DNA from: Candidatus Woesearchaeota archaeon
GTDB lineage: Archaea; Nanobdellota; Nanobdellia; SCGC-AAA011-G17; JAPLZO01
DNA length: 38,584 nucleotides
Assembly (NCBI GenBank): GCA_026394995.1
Contig: JAPLZO010000043.1
Span: forward strand, 1 to 38,584
Reading direction: 5' to 3'
Below, piece by piece: positions 22,285 through 32,396 of the stretch. A program made the position numbers and the translations under genes. How positions within the stretch are numbered: the stretch's first letter is position 1; the number at the start of each line of letters is the position of its first letter. The notes beneath the pieces were generated by a model, which was not told where the DNA came from, did no database searches, and saw only the letters and a program-made list of their open reading frames with translations.

Positions 22285-22390
22285 CTTAGTACAACTTAAA
22301 GAGATTTATTTTATAAACTTTATGTGTATATTTGGCAAATGATCAATAATACAAAAAAAGAACAAGTTCATTTATAAAACTTTTTGTTAA

Positions 22391-22479
22391 AGCCCTGGGA
22401 GAGAATTGAACTCACAACCTTCTGCTTTTTCATCATATAATACGAAGCAGATGCTCTAACCAGATTGAGCTACCAGGGC
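22391..22479 (-). tRNA. tRNA-Thr(CGU) with a 14-nt canonical (37/38) intron
   Basis: Minus strand: GCCCTGG-TA-GCTC-AATCTGGTTA-GAGC-A-TCTGC-TTCGTA[TTATATGATGAAAA]A-GCAGA-AGGTT-GTGAG-TTCAATT-CTCTC-CCAGGGC-T. The T-stem has one U-U mismatch. The mature length is 75 nt. Confidence 0.8.
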
Positions 22480-22480
22480 C

Positions 22481-22681
22481 TTATTTTATTTTTTCTTTTA
22501 ATTTATCTTTATATTTTCTTTGACAATTAGAACAAATAGTTTTTTTCTTAATATAAGTACCTTTAATTTTCTCTAAGAATGTTGTTTCAATTTTTTCACC
22601 ACAAATAGCACATTTAATTTTCTCACCTAAAAATTCTATATGCAATATATTAATAAACCTTACCAAAATATTCTTAAACAA
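22481..22681 (-). CDS. small zinc-ribbon protein (CxxC...CxxC), hypothetical
   Basis: Contains 'CAICGEKIE...(19 aa)...CSNCQRKY'. Only TTG or non-ATG starts are available, and its stop abuts the 5' end of the tRNA. Weak call. Confidence 0.35.
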   Translation of the reverse strand: MFKNILVRFINILHIEFLGEKIKCAICGEKIETTFLEKIKGTYIKKKTICSNCQRKYKDKLKEKIK

Positions 22682-22699
22682 TAAAAAAACAAAAAAAAT

Positions 22700-24436
22700 A
22701 TGTCAAGAATAGCAATAGTTGAAAAAGATAAGTGTAATCCAATCAAATGTGATTATCTTTGTATAAAGCTTTGTCCTTTAAATAGATCTGGAGAAGAATG
22801 TATTATTAAAGATAAAAAGGTTATAATAGACGAAGAACTCTGCAATGGATGTGGAATTTGTCAAAATAGATGTCCATTCAAAGCAATTTCTATAATAAAT
22901 TTACCAAAAGAACTAAAGGTTCAACCAATACATCAATATTCAAAAAATGGTTTTAGATTATATAGATTACCAACTCCTATGTTCGGAAAAGTTACTGGTA
23001 TTATAGGAAAAAATGGTATTGGAAAAACAACAGCCTTAAACATTTTAGCAAATATAATAAAACCCAATCTAGGAAATTTAGATAAAGAATCTTCTTATGA
23101 GGATTTAATCAAATTTTTTAAAGGTACAGAATCACAAAATTTCTTTGAAAAATTAAAAAATCATGAGATTATAGTTTCCTATAAACCTCAAAGAGTTGAT
23201 GATATTCCATTAAACTATAAAGGTAAAGTTATAGATTTATTAAAAAAAGTTGATGAAAAAAATAAATTAAGTGAAATTTCTAAAATATTAGAACTAGATA
23301 ATATATTAAATAATGATATAAAGAATTTATCAGGTGGTGAATTACAAAGAGTAACAATAGCAGCAGCTTCATTAAAAAAAGCTAATTTATATATTTTTGA
23401 TGAACCAACATCTTATCTTGATATAAAACAAAGATTAAATGTTGCTAAATTCATAAGATCATTATCAAATGAAGATACTGCCATTTTAGTAGTAGAACAT
23501 GATTTAATAATTCTCGATTATCTAGCAGATTTAATTTATATAATGTATGGTAAAGAATCATGTTATGGTATTTGTTCTCAAATTAAATCAACCAAATCTG
23601 GAATTAATACTTATCTAGAAGGTTATCTCAAAGAAGAGAATGTTAAATTTAGAGATAAAAAAATACAATTTTTAGTAAAACCTCCAATAAGAAAAAAAAC
23701 TCCAATTGAATTAACTTCTTGGGAAAAATTAACAAAAAAACTAGATCACTTTAATCTAGAAGTGTCTCCTGGATTAATTAATGAAAATGAAGTTATCGGA
23801 ATCTTAGGTGAAAATGCAATTGGAAAAACAACATTCATTAAATTATTAGCAGGAGTTTTAGAGATAGATTCTGGAGGAATCAATAAGAAATTAAAAATTT
23901 CTTATAAACCTCAATATATTCAAGCTAGTAATGAATTAGTTCAAGATGTATTAAAAAATATTAAAAAAGAAATAATTTTACACTTAAATTTAAATGATTT
24001 AGCTTTTAAAAAAGTAAATGAACTATCAGGTGGTGAACTCCAAAAGTTATCAATAGCCTCTTGTTTATCACAAAAAGCTGATCTATATTTGCTAGATGAA
24101 CCTTGTGCATATCTAGATATAGAACAAAGATTAATTATTTCTAAATTAATAAGAGATGAAATGGAATTAAATAATACATCTGCTTTGATAGTTGATCATG
24201 ATATAATATTCATAGATTATATATCTAGTAAATTATTAATATTTTCAGGAATACCAGCTAAAAATGGATTAACTAATGGTCCTTTTGAAGTTGAAAGTGG
24301 TATGAATCTATTTTTAAAAGAACTTGACATTACTATGAGAAAAGATCCAGAAACAAATAGACCTAGAATAAATAAGTTAAACTCACAACTTGATAGAATA
24401 CAAAAAAGTAAAGGAAATCTATACTATAGTAAGTAA
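22700..24436 (+). CDS. abcE1: ABCE1 / RNase L inhibitor-type ribosome-recycling ATPase
   Basis: N-terminal Fe-S domain (CNPIKCDYLCIKLCP...CNGCGICQNRCP), two ABC cassettes (GKNGIGKTT, GENAIGKTT; two LSGGELQ signatures), and 'RPRINK'. Confidence 0.95.
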   Translation: MSRIAIVEKDKCNPIKCDYLCIKLCPLNRSGEECIIKDKKVIIDEELCNGCGICQNRCPFKAISIINLPKELKVQPIHQYSKNGFRLYRLPTPMFGKVTGIIGKNGIGKTTALNILANIIKPNLGNLDKESSYEDLIKFFKGTESQNFFEKLKNHEIIVSYKPQRVDDIPLNYKGKVIDLLKKVDEKNKLSEISKILELDNILNNDIKNLSGGELQRVTIAAASLKKANLYIFDEPTSYLDIKQRLNVAKFIRSLSNEDTAILVVEHDLIILDYLADLIYIMYGKESCYGICSQIKSTKSGINTYLEGYLKEENVKFRDKKIQFLVKPPIRKKTPIELTSWEKLTKKLDHFNLEVSPGLINENEVIGILGENAIGKTTFIKLLAGVLEIDSGGINKKLKISYKPQYIQASNELVQDVLKNIKKEIILHLNLNDLAFKKVNELSGGELQKLSIASCLSQKADLYLLDEPCAYLDIEQRLIISKLIRDEMELNNTSALIVDHDIIFIDYISSKLLIFSGIPAKNGLTNGPFEVESGMNLFLKELDITMRKDPETNRPRINKLNSQLDRIQKSKGNLYYSK

Positions 24437-24535
24437 ATTATATTTTAGAGAGCAATAATATTTATATGTATGAATTTAAAAATTAGATAAAGCTATTTTA
24501 TTTATTATCCTAATAAAAAATAAAAAGGTGGTAAA

Positions 24536-27148
24536 ATGTTAGATTATGATAAAAATGTTACATCACGACTAGAAGATACATTAAAAAAAGAATATACTCA
24601 ATCATTATCATTTTCTCCTAATTCAGTTTCATTACTACAAAAAAGATATTTAGTAAAAGATGAAAAAGGTAATATTCAAGAAACACCAAAAGATTTGCTA
24701 GCAAGAGTGGCAGTAAATATTGCTTATGCAGATTTTAATTATGATTTAAATGAATCTCAAACTTATAACACAGCAAAAGAGTTCTATGAAATGATGGCTA
24801 AAAAAGATTTCATGCCTAATTCTCCTACATTAATGAATGCTGGAAGATCAATGCAACAACTTGCTGCTTGTTTTGTGGTTCCTATAGAAGATAATATGAA
24901 TAGTATTTTACAAGGTATGAAAGATGCTGGTATGATTCATAAAAGTGGTGGTGGTACTGGTTTTTCATTTTCAAGACCAAGAAGAAAAAATGCTTATGTA
25001 AGTACTACTTATGGTAAAGCAAGTGGTCCTATTTCATTCATGAGTGCTTATGATGGTGTTACAGAATCTGTTAATCAAGGTGGTTTTAGACGTGGTGCAA
25101 ACTTTGGAGGTTTAAGAGTAGATCATCCTGATGTTCTTGAATTTATAAGAATAAAGGCAGATGAAAAAAGCAAGAAACTTTCAAATTTTAATCTTTCAGT
25201 TTTTATAACAGATGATTTTATGAGAGCTTTAGAAAATGATGAATATTATTATCTAAAAAATCCTAATGGTTCATATTTAACATTAGATGATATACTTGCT
25301 GATGAAAATGGTGTTAAAATAGGGTTAATTAATGAAAAAGACTTAAATTATAGAATATTAAATGAAAATGGTGAAATTAAAGTAATAGATAACTTTAGTG
25401 GAGAAATATATGGTAAAGTTAAAGATAATAAAATTGCTCTTAATGCAAAAAGAGTTTTTAATGAAATTACAAAATATGCTTGGAATAATGGTGAACCAGG
25501 TGTTATTTTTATAGATACAATAAATAAATATAATCCAACTCCAAAATTAGGAGCTATAGAAAGTACTAATCCATGTGGCGAACAACCTCTACTTCCTTAT
25601 GAAGCATGTAATTTAGGTTCAATTAATTTAGAAAACTTTGTAAAAGAAGGTAAAATAGATTATGAAAGATTAAGCAAAGTTGCTAGTATTGCTACTCATT
25701 TCTTAGATAATGTAATTGATATGAGTGAATATCCTTTAGAAAAAACTAAAGAAGAGAAAGAAAAGCTTATAGAATTTTTAAAAAAATATGAAATAGAAAA
25801 AAGTAAAATTGAACAAATCATTAAAGAGTGGTCTCAGTCTCCAATAGAAAAAATTGTTAAAGAGAACAGGAAAATAGGATTAGGAGTAATGGGTTTTACT
25901 GATATGTTGATAAAATTAGATATTCCATATGATTCTGAAAAAGCTGTTCAAACAGCAGAGAATGTCATGAAATTTATTAAAGAAGAAGCAAAAAAAGAAT
26001 CGTATAAACTTGCAAAAGAAAGGGGTGTTTTCCCTAATTTTGAAGATAGTATTTTTAATGATGGTAAAGAAGAAAATAAATTAAGAAATGCTACATTAAC
26101 AACAATTGCACCAACTGGATCAATTGGAATAATAGCAGATGTTTTCTCTCGTGGAATAGAACCATTACATGAGTTAATATATATCCATAAAGATTCTGAT
26201 GGACAAAAAAGAAAATATGTTAATGAATCATTAAAACAAGATTTAATAAAATATGGTATTAATCCACAACAAGTTTTACGAAGATTAGAAAATGGTGAAA
26301 AATTACAAGATATGCCTATCCCTAATAATATTAAAAGATTATATGTAACTACTAATGATATTGAAACAGATTATCATATTAAAATTCAAGCAGCATTCCA
26401 AAAATATACTGACAATGCTGTATCAAAAACAGTTAATTTTCCATTTACAGCAACAATAGATGATTTTGTTAAAGCTTATATTGAAGCACATAAAGCTGGA
26501 TGTAAGGGTATTACAGCTTATAGAAAGGGTAGTCGTGAAGATGAAGTTATTACAAGTGTATCTAAAAAGGGATTAGAAGAAAAATTAAAAAATATTCCTA
26601 AAATAAGACCTGCATTTGTTAGAGAGGAAACAGTAGGTCAAGAACAAAAAGTATTTTTAATACCAACATATGTTGATGGAGAAAAAAGAGAATTATTTGG
26701 AACAACTAATTATGCAAATCCAGACGAAATGTCTCTATTTAACAGTTTACTTGTTAGAATTTCTAAAGATCTAAGAAAAGGCTTATCTCCTCAAGAAATA
26801 GCAGATGATATCAAGAATTGTAATTTACCAAAAGAAGTAGGTGGATGGAATCCAATAGGTGATAAATCATATTATAATTCATCAATACCTGAAGCTATAT
26901 CTAAAACATTAACCAATTTTAAAATGGATATTGATGAACAAAAAGTATCTCATTTAATGAAAGAATTAGAAAAAGAACTAAACAAATTTAAAGATAAAGA
27001 AGCTGATAACAAAGAAAAAATTTCAAAACCAACAATTAAAGATAAGCCAATAAATTTATGTTCTGAATGTAATGAAGGAACTATTATTAACATTGAAGGT
27101 TGTCTACAATGTAATGTATGTGGACACTCACCAAAAGGTTGTTCTTAG
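24536..27148 (+). CDS. nrdJ: class II (adenosylcobalamin-dependent) ribonucleotide reductase
   Basis: 'TNPCGEQPLLPYEACNLGSINL', 'SPTLMNAG', and the C-terminal Cys cluster 'CSECNEG...CLQCNVCGHS..GC' typical of monomeric class II RNR. SD 'aaggtggt' lies before the ATG. Confidence 0.9.
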   Translation: MLDYDKNVTSRLEDTLKKEYTQSLSFSPNSVSLLQKRYLVKDEKGNIQETPKDLLARVAVNIAYADFNYDLNESQTYNTAKEFYEMMAKKDFMPNSPTLMNAGRSMQQLAACFVVPIEDNMNSILQGMKDAGMIHKSGGGTGFSFSRPRRKNAYVSTTYGKASGPISFMSAYDGVTESVNQGGFRRGANFGGLRVDHPDVLEFIRIKADEKSKKLSNFNLSVFITDDFMRALENDEYYYLKNPNGSYLTLDDILADENGVKIGLINEKDLNYRILNENGEIKVIDNFSGEIYGKVKDNKIALNAKRVFNEITKYAWNNGEPGVIFIDTINKYNPTPKLGAIESTNPCGEQPLLPYEACNLGSINLENFVKEGKIDYERLSKVASIATHFLDNVIDMSEYPLEKTKEEKEKLIEFLKKYEIEKSKIEQIIKEWSQSPIEKIVKENRKIGLGVMGFTDMLIKLDIPYDSEKAVQTAENVMKFIKEEAKKESYKLAKERGVFPNFEDSIFNDGKEENKLRNATLTTIAPTGSIGIIADVFSRGIEPLHELIYIHKDSDGQKRKYVNESLKQDLIKYGINPQQVLRRLENGEKLQDMPIPNNIKRLYVTTNDIETDYHIKIQAAFQKYTDNAVSKTVNFPFTATIDDFVKAYIEAHKAGCKGITAYRKGSREDEVITSVSKKGLEEKLKNIPKIRPAFVREETVGQEQKVFLIPTYVDGEKRELFGTTNYANPDEMSLFNSLLVRISKDLRKGLSPQEIADDIKNCNLPKEVGGWNPIGDKSYYNSSIPEAISKTLTNFKMDIDEQKVSHLMKELEKELNKFKDKEADNKEKISKPTIKDKPINLCSECNEGTIINIEGCLQCNVCGHSPKGCS

Positions 27149-27156
27149 GGGTTAAA

Positions 27157-28008
27157 ATGGAAAATAATGAAGAAATGAGAAATGAAGTATTAAAGAATAA
27201 AAATATAATAGTATGTGGTGATCGTTTTAAAGATGTAACAATTTATGCTAAAACCTTAGATGAACTTTATTTTCTAGCTATTAAAGCTGCACTTGCCTTT
27301 GGAAGAAAATATAAAATTGATAGTGGAAGTTATGCAGGTTCTCATAGATTTGAATTTGATAATGCTAAACTAATTGTTGAATATCCTACAACAAGACCAT
27401 TAGCACCAACTCCTAGACAAGGAATACCCGTTCCAACTAATGATGAAAAAATAGAATTATATTATAATAATTATTTAATGAATGGTTATTTAGAACCAAA
27501 TGAACATTATAGATATTCATCTTGGATAGTTGGTATGCCAGAAGATATTCCATTAAAAGAATTAACAGAAGAAAGTGTTCCACGTGGAACAAGATTCAAT
27601 CAATTACAATGGTGTATTGATCATTTTATAAAAGATGGTTTTGGTACAAATCATTGTTATATTAGGGTTGGTTGTGCAGAAGGTCTTAAAAGATATGATT
27701 GGCCATATAAAAGTGATGCTGAAAAAGGCTCAACTGAATGCATGACTGGATTATCTTTAAAAATAAAAAAATCTGATAATGATCAATATTACTTAAATGG
27801 CAAAATAACTTTTAGATCATGGGATATGATAGATGGTATGCCTGAAAATCTTGGTGGTATTGTTCGTTTATTAGAAGAAACAGCAGGTGAAATAGAAAAG
27901 AAAAGTAAAAAGCTAGTTAAAATTGGAACATTATTTGCTGATAGTGATGGTTTACATGTATATGATCATTTCCTAGATTATGCTAAATTATATACAAATA
28001 CAACTTAG
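27157..28008 (+). CDS. thymidylate synthase (ThyA-fold) -like protein, divergent archaeal type
   Basis: By-eye alignment to ThyA core motifs: 'TECM' (compare PCH, catalytic Cys), 'FRSWDMIDGMPENL' (compare RS.D...G.PFN), 'DGLHVYDH' (compare D.H.Y..H). ATG 27157 with SD 'agggg' is preferred over the track start at 27118, which overlaps nrdJ. Confidence 0.6.
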   Translation: MENNEEMRNEVLKNKNIIVCGDRFKDVTIYAKTLDELYFLAIKAALAFGRKYKIDSGSYAGSHRFEFDNAKLIVEYPTTRPLAPTPRQGIPVPTNDEKIELYYNNYLMNGYLEPNEHYRYSSWIVGMPEDIPLKELTEESVPRGTRFNQLQWCIDHFIKDGFGTNHCYIRVGCAEGLKRYDWPYKSDAEKGSTECMTGLSLKIKKSDNDQYYLNGKITFRSWDMIDGMPENLGGIVRLLEETAGEIEKKSKKLVKIGTLFADSDGLHVYDHFLDYAKLYTNTT

Positions 28009-28009
28009 A

Positions 28010-29665
28010 TTACATCTCTTCAATAACATCTATTCCTAATAAATTCAAAGAATTCTTCATAACAACTTTAAAAGATTGCACAATAGCCAATCTTTGTTGT
28101 TCCTCATCGCTACCAATTACTTTGCAATGTTGATAAAACTCATTAAATATTTGAGCTAATTTAAAAGTATAATTTGCAATAACATTAGGTGAATAGTTAT
28201 TATACGAATTTCTAACAACATCTGAAAATTCTCCTAATTTTTTAAGTAATTTTATTTCCTTATCTTCTAAATTCAAAATTTTTATATTAGCTATTTTCCT
28301 TTTTGATTTTTTTAATATAGAGGATGCACGAGCATAACTATATTGTAAATATGGTCCTGTATCACCCTCAAATCTTGTTATATCTTGTTCATTAAAAATA
28401 ATATTTTTATTAACATCTTGAGCTAACATTACATATTTTATTGCACCAAGAGCAATTTTTTTAGCTCTATCATCTAATTCTTTACCAGAAATTTTATTAT
28501 TTCTTTTTTTAATCTCAATTTTAACCAAATCAATGATTGTTGCTAAGGTTTCATCATATAATATAACTTTTCCTTCTCTAGAAGCCATTTTTCCTGTTGG
28601 TAATATGACAAGTCCATATGAAAGATGCTCTTCTTTTTTTGCTAATTTTGGGTTATATATTTCAATGGTCTTTATTAACTGTTTAAAATACATATTTTGT
28701 TCAGAACCAACAACATGTAATATTTTATTTGGTTTATATCCTTTATCTTGAAGTTCAGCTAATGCAAAATCTTTAGTTGAATACAAAGGAGTTCCATCTG
28801 ATTTTAATAATAAAAAAACTCCTAAACCATATTTTTCAAGATTAATTATTGCAGCACCTTCATTTATTATTGCAATTTTTTTCTTAATTAAATCTTTAAC
28901 AATCTCTATTCCTTTTTTCTCAACTTGACTTTCAAAATAGAATCTATTAAATTTAACTTTAAAATCTGGATAAATAATTTTTTCAAAATAGTCTATACTC
29001 CACTTTCTTGTTTTCTTCCATAAATCTAAAAGTTTTTTATCTCCAGCATATAATTTTTGATTTATTTCATTTATTTCTTGAGCAATTTTTTCATCTACAG
29101 CAGCTGCACTTGCTTTTGCATAAACAATTCCCAACCATTTACCCTTATTATCTTTAGGCTCTTTTAATCCCAATTTTTTTAGATTGAGTATACCCCATAT
29201 TGTTTTTGCAACATGCATTCCAATATCCCCTTGGTAATTTACTCTTATAACTTTATATCCTAATTTTTCTATTATTCTACATAAAGATTCACCTAAACAT
29301 ATATTTCTTGTATGTCCTACATGAAAAGCTTTATGAGTATTAGCATGACAAAACTCAACCATTATGTTTCCTTTCTCTTTTCCCTTACCATAATTCTCTT
29401 TTTCTTTTAGAATTTGTTTTATAGTATTCTCAGCAAGATATTTTTTATTAATAAAAAAATTCAGATAAGGTCCTCTTGCTTCTACTTTTTCTAAAAAGTT
29501 TGCTTTAATTTTATTACTTAATTCTTTAGCTTTTTCATTTGGATTTTGTAATTTAAAACAAGGAAAAGCATAATCTCCAAAATTAGCTGGAGGGACTTCT
29601 AAAACTATATCTTTTGTTTCTAATTCTTTTTGTAATAGTTTTATTATCTCTTTTTTATAATTCAT
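28010..29665 (-). CDS. argS: arginyl-tRNA synthetase
   Basis: Class I HIGH-type 'HANTHKAFHVGHTRN', the ArgRS core, and a C-terminal DALR-type anticodon-binding domain ending in '...EM'. Confidence 0.9.
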   Translation of the reverse strand: MNYKKEIIKLLQKELETKDIVLEVPPANFGDYAFPCFKLQNPNEKAKELSNKIKANFLEKVEARGPYLNFFINKKYLAENTIKQILKEKENYGKGKEKGNIMVEFCHANTHKAFHVGHTRNICLGESLCRIIEKLGYKVIRVNYQGDIGMHVAKTIWGILNLKKLGLKEPKDNKGKWLGIVYAKASAAAVDEKIAQEINEINQKLYAGDKKLLDLWKKTRKWSIDYFEKIIYPDFKVKFNRFYFESQVEKKGIEIVKDLIKKKIAIINEGAAIINLEKYGLGVFLLLKSDGTPLYSTKDFALAELQDKGYKPNKILHVVGSEQNMYFKQLIKTIEIYNPKLAKKEEHLSYGLVILPTGKMASREGKVILYDETLATIIDLVKIEIKKRNNKISGKELDDRAKKIALGAIKYVMLAQDVNKNIIFNEQDITRFEGDTGPYLQYSYARASSILKKSKRKIANIKILNLEDKEIKLLKKLGEFSDVVRNSYNNYSPNVIANYTFKLAQIFNEFYQHCKVIGSDEEQQRLAIVQSFKVVMKNSLNLLGIDVIEEM

Positions 29666-29704
29666 AAATAAAAAGAAGAAATAAGGTTATTTAAAGTTTT
29701 TTGA

Positions 29705-30535
29705 TTATTTGCTAACACTACTAGCTGCCTTATCTGCTGGATCCATTGTCTTCCAACTTACATTAAATAGATTTTCCATTGCTGTTGCAAAATAAGGTGT
29801 ATTAACCCATATCCCTATATCATAAGTTGGATGTACTTCTTCGTCATTTAATATCATAAACATTAATTCTTTGTTGTCTACTAAAACAAATCTTGAATTG
29901 ATTTTGTTATTATGTTTAACTTCTGCTATTTTTGATATAGATTGTATAACTGGTAAATTTTCTTTTGTTATTGGAGCAGCTATTTTTATTTTCACACCTT
30001 TTTTAGCTAATCTTTCTAATTCAGGTTTTAATGCTTCTATTTTTCTTAATACTCCTTTAGAGGTTGTCATAATAGTTACTGATTTTTGTGCATTTTTGAT
30101 CATAGTTTCTAGATGAGTATAAACATTATGTCTACCTCTTATTGCTCCTGATAAATCAGTTGGTTCAACAAATTCAATACCTTGCTTATGCAATGTATTC
30201 AATTCTTGTAACACATCTGTACTTTTTAATTCATCTAATTTTTTTACTTTGTCATTTGCATGATTCACTAAATATTTTTTAACACGTTCAACAACTTCTT
30301 TGGGCTCAACAGCAAGATACTTGATTGGCTTTCCTAATTTCATAACAACAAAACCTTTTTTCTCTAAACTCTCTAGAACATCATATGCTCTAGATCTTGG
30401 AACATTGCCTATATCACTTAATTCACCTGCTGTAGAAATACCCCTAGAAAGTAATGCTGTCCAGATTCTTACTTCATACAGATTTAAACCAAAATATTGT
30501 CTAAGTTTATTTAAAAACTCCTCTTTTATAATCAT
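29705..30535 (-). CDS. TrmB-family transcriptional regulator
   Basis: N-terminal wHTH 'LNLYEVRIWTALLSRGISTAGELSDIGNVPRSRAYDVLESLEKKGFV' followed by a TrmB-type C-terminal domain. Confidence 0.85.
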   Translation of the reverse strand: MIIKEEFLNKLRQYFGLNLYEVRIWTALLSRGISTAGELSDIGNVPRSRAYDVLESLEKKGFVVMKLGKPIKYLAVEPKEVVERVKKYLVNHANDKVKKLDELKSTDVLQELNTLHKQGIEFVEPTDLSGAIRGRHNVYTHLETMIKNAQKSVTIMTTSKGVLRKIEALKPELERLAKKGVKIKIAAPITKENLPVIQSISKIAEVKHNNKINSRFVLVDNKELMFMILNDEEVHPTYDIGIWVNTPYFATAMENLFNVSWKTMDPADKAASSVSK

Positions 30536-30686
30536 AACTATAACCTCCTAGGACCACCTTCTTTTTATATGTATAGTTAAATTAAATTACTACTAGCATA
30601 TACAATCTTGTTTCCTTACTCAGTGAAAGCAAAGATTAATAAAAATTAAATATTTTGAGTATTTAAAGATTGTTATATTACAAAAT

Positions 30687-32357
30687 CTATTTTATTTGTT
30701 TTGAATATATTTCTTTTATTTTATATATTGTATCAATATCTTTAACACCTTTATCATATCTTACTCTTAAAACTCTTGGAAATCTTAATGCATATCCACT
30801 ACTATAAGTAGGACTCTTTTGTATTTCCTCATAAGCAATTTCTACAACCAAACTTGGTTTTATTTTCACAATTTTTCCTTCTTGTTTTATAATATTTGGT
30901 TTTAATAATTTGGTTAATTGCTTAAAAGTAATTCCTTCTTCATCTTTTTCCTTAATACCAGTACCAACTTTACCAACATCTAAAAATTCACTATCTTTTC
31001 TGCATGATAATGTAAAACTAGATAACCATGTTGCCCTTTTTCCCTCACCCCACTCAGCTCCGCTTATAACTAAATCTAAAGTTTCCATTATGGATTTTAT
31101 TTTTAACCATCCACCAACTCTTCTTCCTGGTTGATATATTGTTTTTAAATTTTTAACCATAACACCCTCATTACCAGCTTTTAAAGATTCTTTGTAGAAT
31201 TTTTTAGCTTCTTTTTCATTATCAGTAACTAGTTTCTTAGTTAAAACTATTTTCTTAGGAACTTGTTTCACAATTTTTTCTAAAAATTTTCTTCTTTGTT
31301 CTTGAGTCTCTTTAGTCAAATCTTTACCCTCATAATACATAATATCAAATAAATTAACTTCAACTGGAAACCTTTTGGCTATGTCTTCTATATCATATTT
31401 TCTTTTTATCCTTTGAGAAATATTTTGAAATGGTAAATATTTACCTGTTTTAGCATCATATCCAACAAATTCAGAGTCTAATACATAAGAATCACCTTTA
31501 ATATTTTTTTCAATATGATTTAAAGTTTCTTTAAATTGATTTGTAACATTTTCCATCCCTCTTGTAAATAATAAAATTTTATTATCTTTTTTATGAATTT
31601 GAACTCTAAACCCATCTAATTTATATTCAAAAAGTGCTGGTTTTCCTAGAGCTTTAAAAGCATCTTCTATTGTTTCTACTCTAATAGCTAACATAGCATT
31701 TATTGGTCTCATAATTGTTAATCCAATTTTACCTAAACTTTTTTTCTTTGCAACTTTAGCAACTTCAGAATAATCATTCATTAAATCAAATGCTTGCTCA
31801 ACTTCTTTAAAATCAACATCATATGCTTTTGCAATAGCATCTCTTAAAATACCTTCAGCAACTCCAACTCTTAAAACTTCTAAAACCGTTCTTATAATAA
31901 ACTTAGCTTCTATAGGTTTAGCACTTGTTAATAGTTCAGCAACTAAACCTATTTTTTTATTAACAGTACCTTCACCTTCTAATACTGATAATTTTCTAAT
32001 ATTATCAAAAACTTTTTTTACAGTTAGTTTATGTTGTACTAATGTTACTTGTTCTTTTTCTTTTGTTAATTCTTCAGCAACTTTGCCTAAATCACCAAGT
32101 TTATTTAACATTTTTTCAACTTCTTCTTTGCTAGCACCTGTTGCTAATGTAACAGCCCTTAAAGCTAATTTAGAACTCATTCCAATTTTTCTTTCATCCC
32201 AATTTGGAAAGACTTTACCTTGAATTAAATACATTATCTGTTCTAAATCTTCAACAGAAGCTTTTTTCAATAATCTAGAAATAATATCACTTTTCTCTAA
32301 TCTTTTGGTTGTTTTTTCTAGTTCTTCATAAACATTAACTAGATCTAAATAATCCAT
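30687..32357 (-). CDS. lig: ATP-dependent DNA ligase
   Basis: Adenylation motif 'FEYKLDGFRVQIH', 'EGVMVK', 'WLKIK'. I start it at ATG 32357 (MDYLDLVNVYEEL...). The 67-codon upstream extension in the track overlaps the nitroreductase gene and looks non-coding. Confidence 0.9.
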   Translation of the reverse strand: MDYLDLVNVYEELEKTTKRLEKSDIISRLLKKASVEDLEQIMYLIQGKVFPNWDERKIGMSSKLALRAVTLATGASKEEVEKMLNKLGDLGKVAEELTKEKEQVTLVQHKLTVKKVFDNIRKLSVLEGEGTVNKKIGLVAELLTSAKPIEAKFIIRTVLEVLRVGVAEGILRDAIAKAYDVDFKEVEQAFDLMNDYSEVAKVAKKKSLGKIGLTIMRPINAMLAIRVETIEDAFKALGKPALFEYKLDGFRVQIHKKDNKILLFTRGMENVTNQFKETLNHIEKNIKGDSYVLDSEFVGYDAKTGKYLPFQNISQRIKRKYDIEDIAKRFPVEVNLFDIMYYEGKDLTKETQEQRRKFLEKIVKQVPKKIVLTKKLVTDNEKEAKKFYKESLKAGNEGVMVKNLKTIYQPGRRVGGWLKIKSIMETLDLVISGAEWGEGKRATWLSSFTLSCRKDSEFLDVGKVGTGIKEKDEEGITFKQLTKLLKPNIIKQEGKIVKIKPSLVVEIAYEEIQKSPTYSSGYALRFPRVLRVRYDKGVKDIDTIYKIKEIYSKQIK

Positions 32358-32396
32358 AGAAATGTTTAAATATTCGGCAACTTTTAAACCTTTTGG

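Noticed and set aside
27118-27156. Upstream start of the ThyA-like ORF overlapping nrdJ by 31 nt; similarly the TTG 21370 start of adk and the TTG 13750 start.
   Set aside because: The first codon of the 27118 ORF is GTG and those of the 21370 and 13750 ORFs are TTG, so these look like artefacts of permissive start calling. In each case a downstream ATG has a better context (SD 'agggg' before 27157; the P-loop immediately after ATG 21352; the ATG 13762 overlap with the RHH stop).
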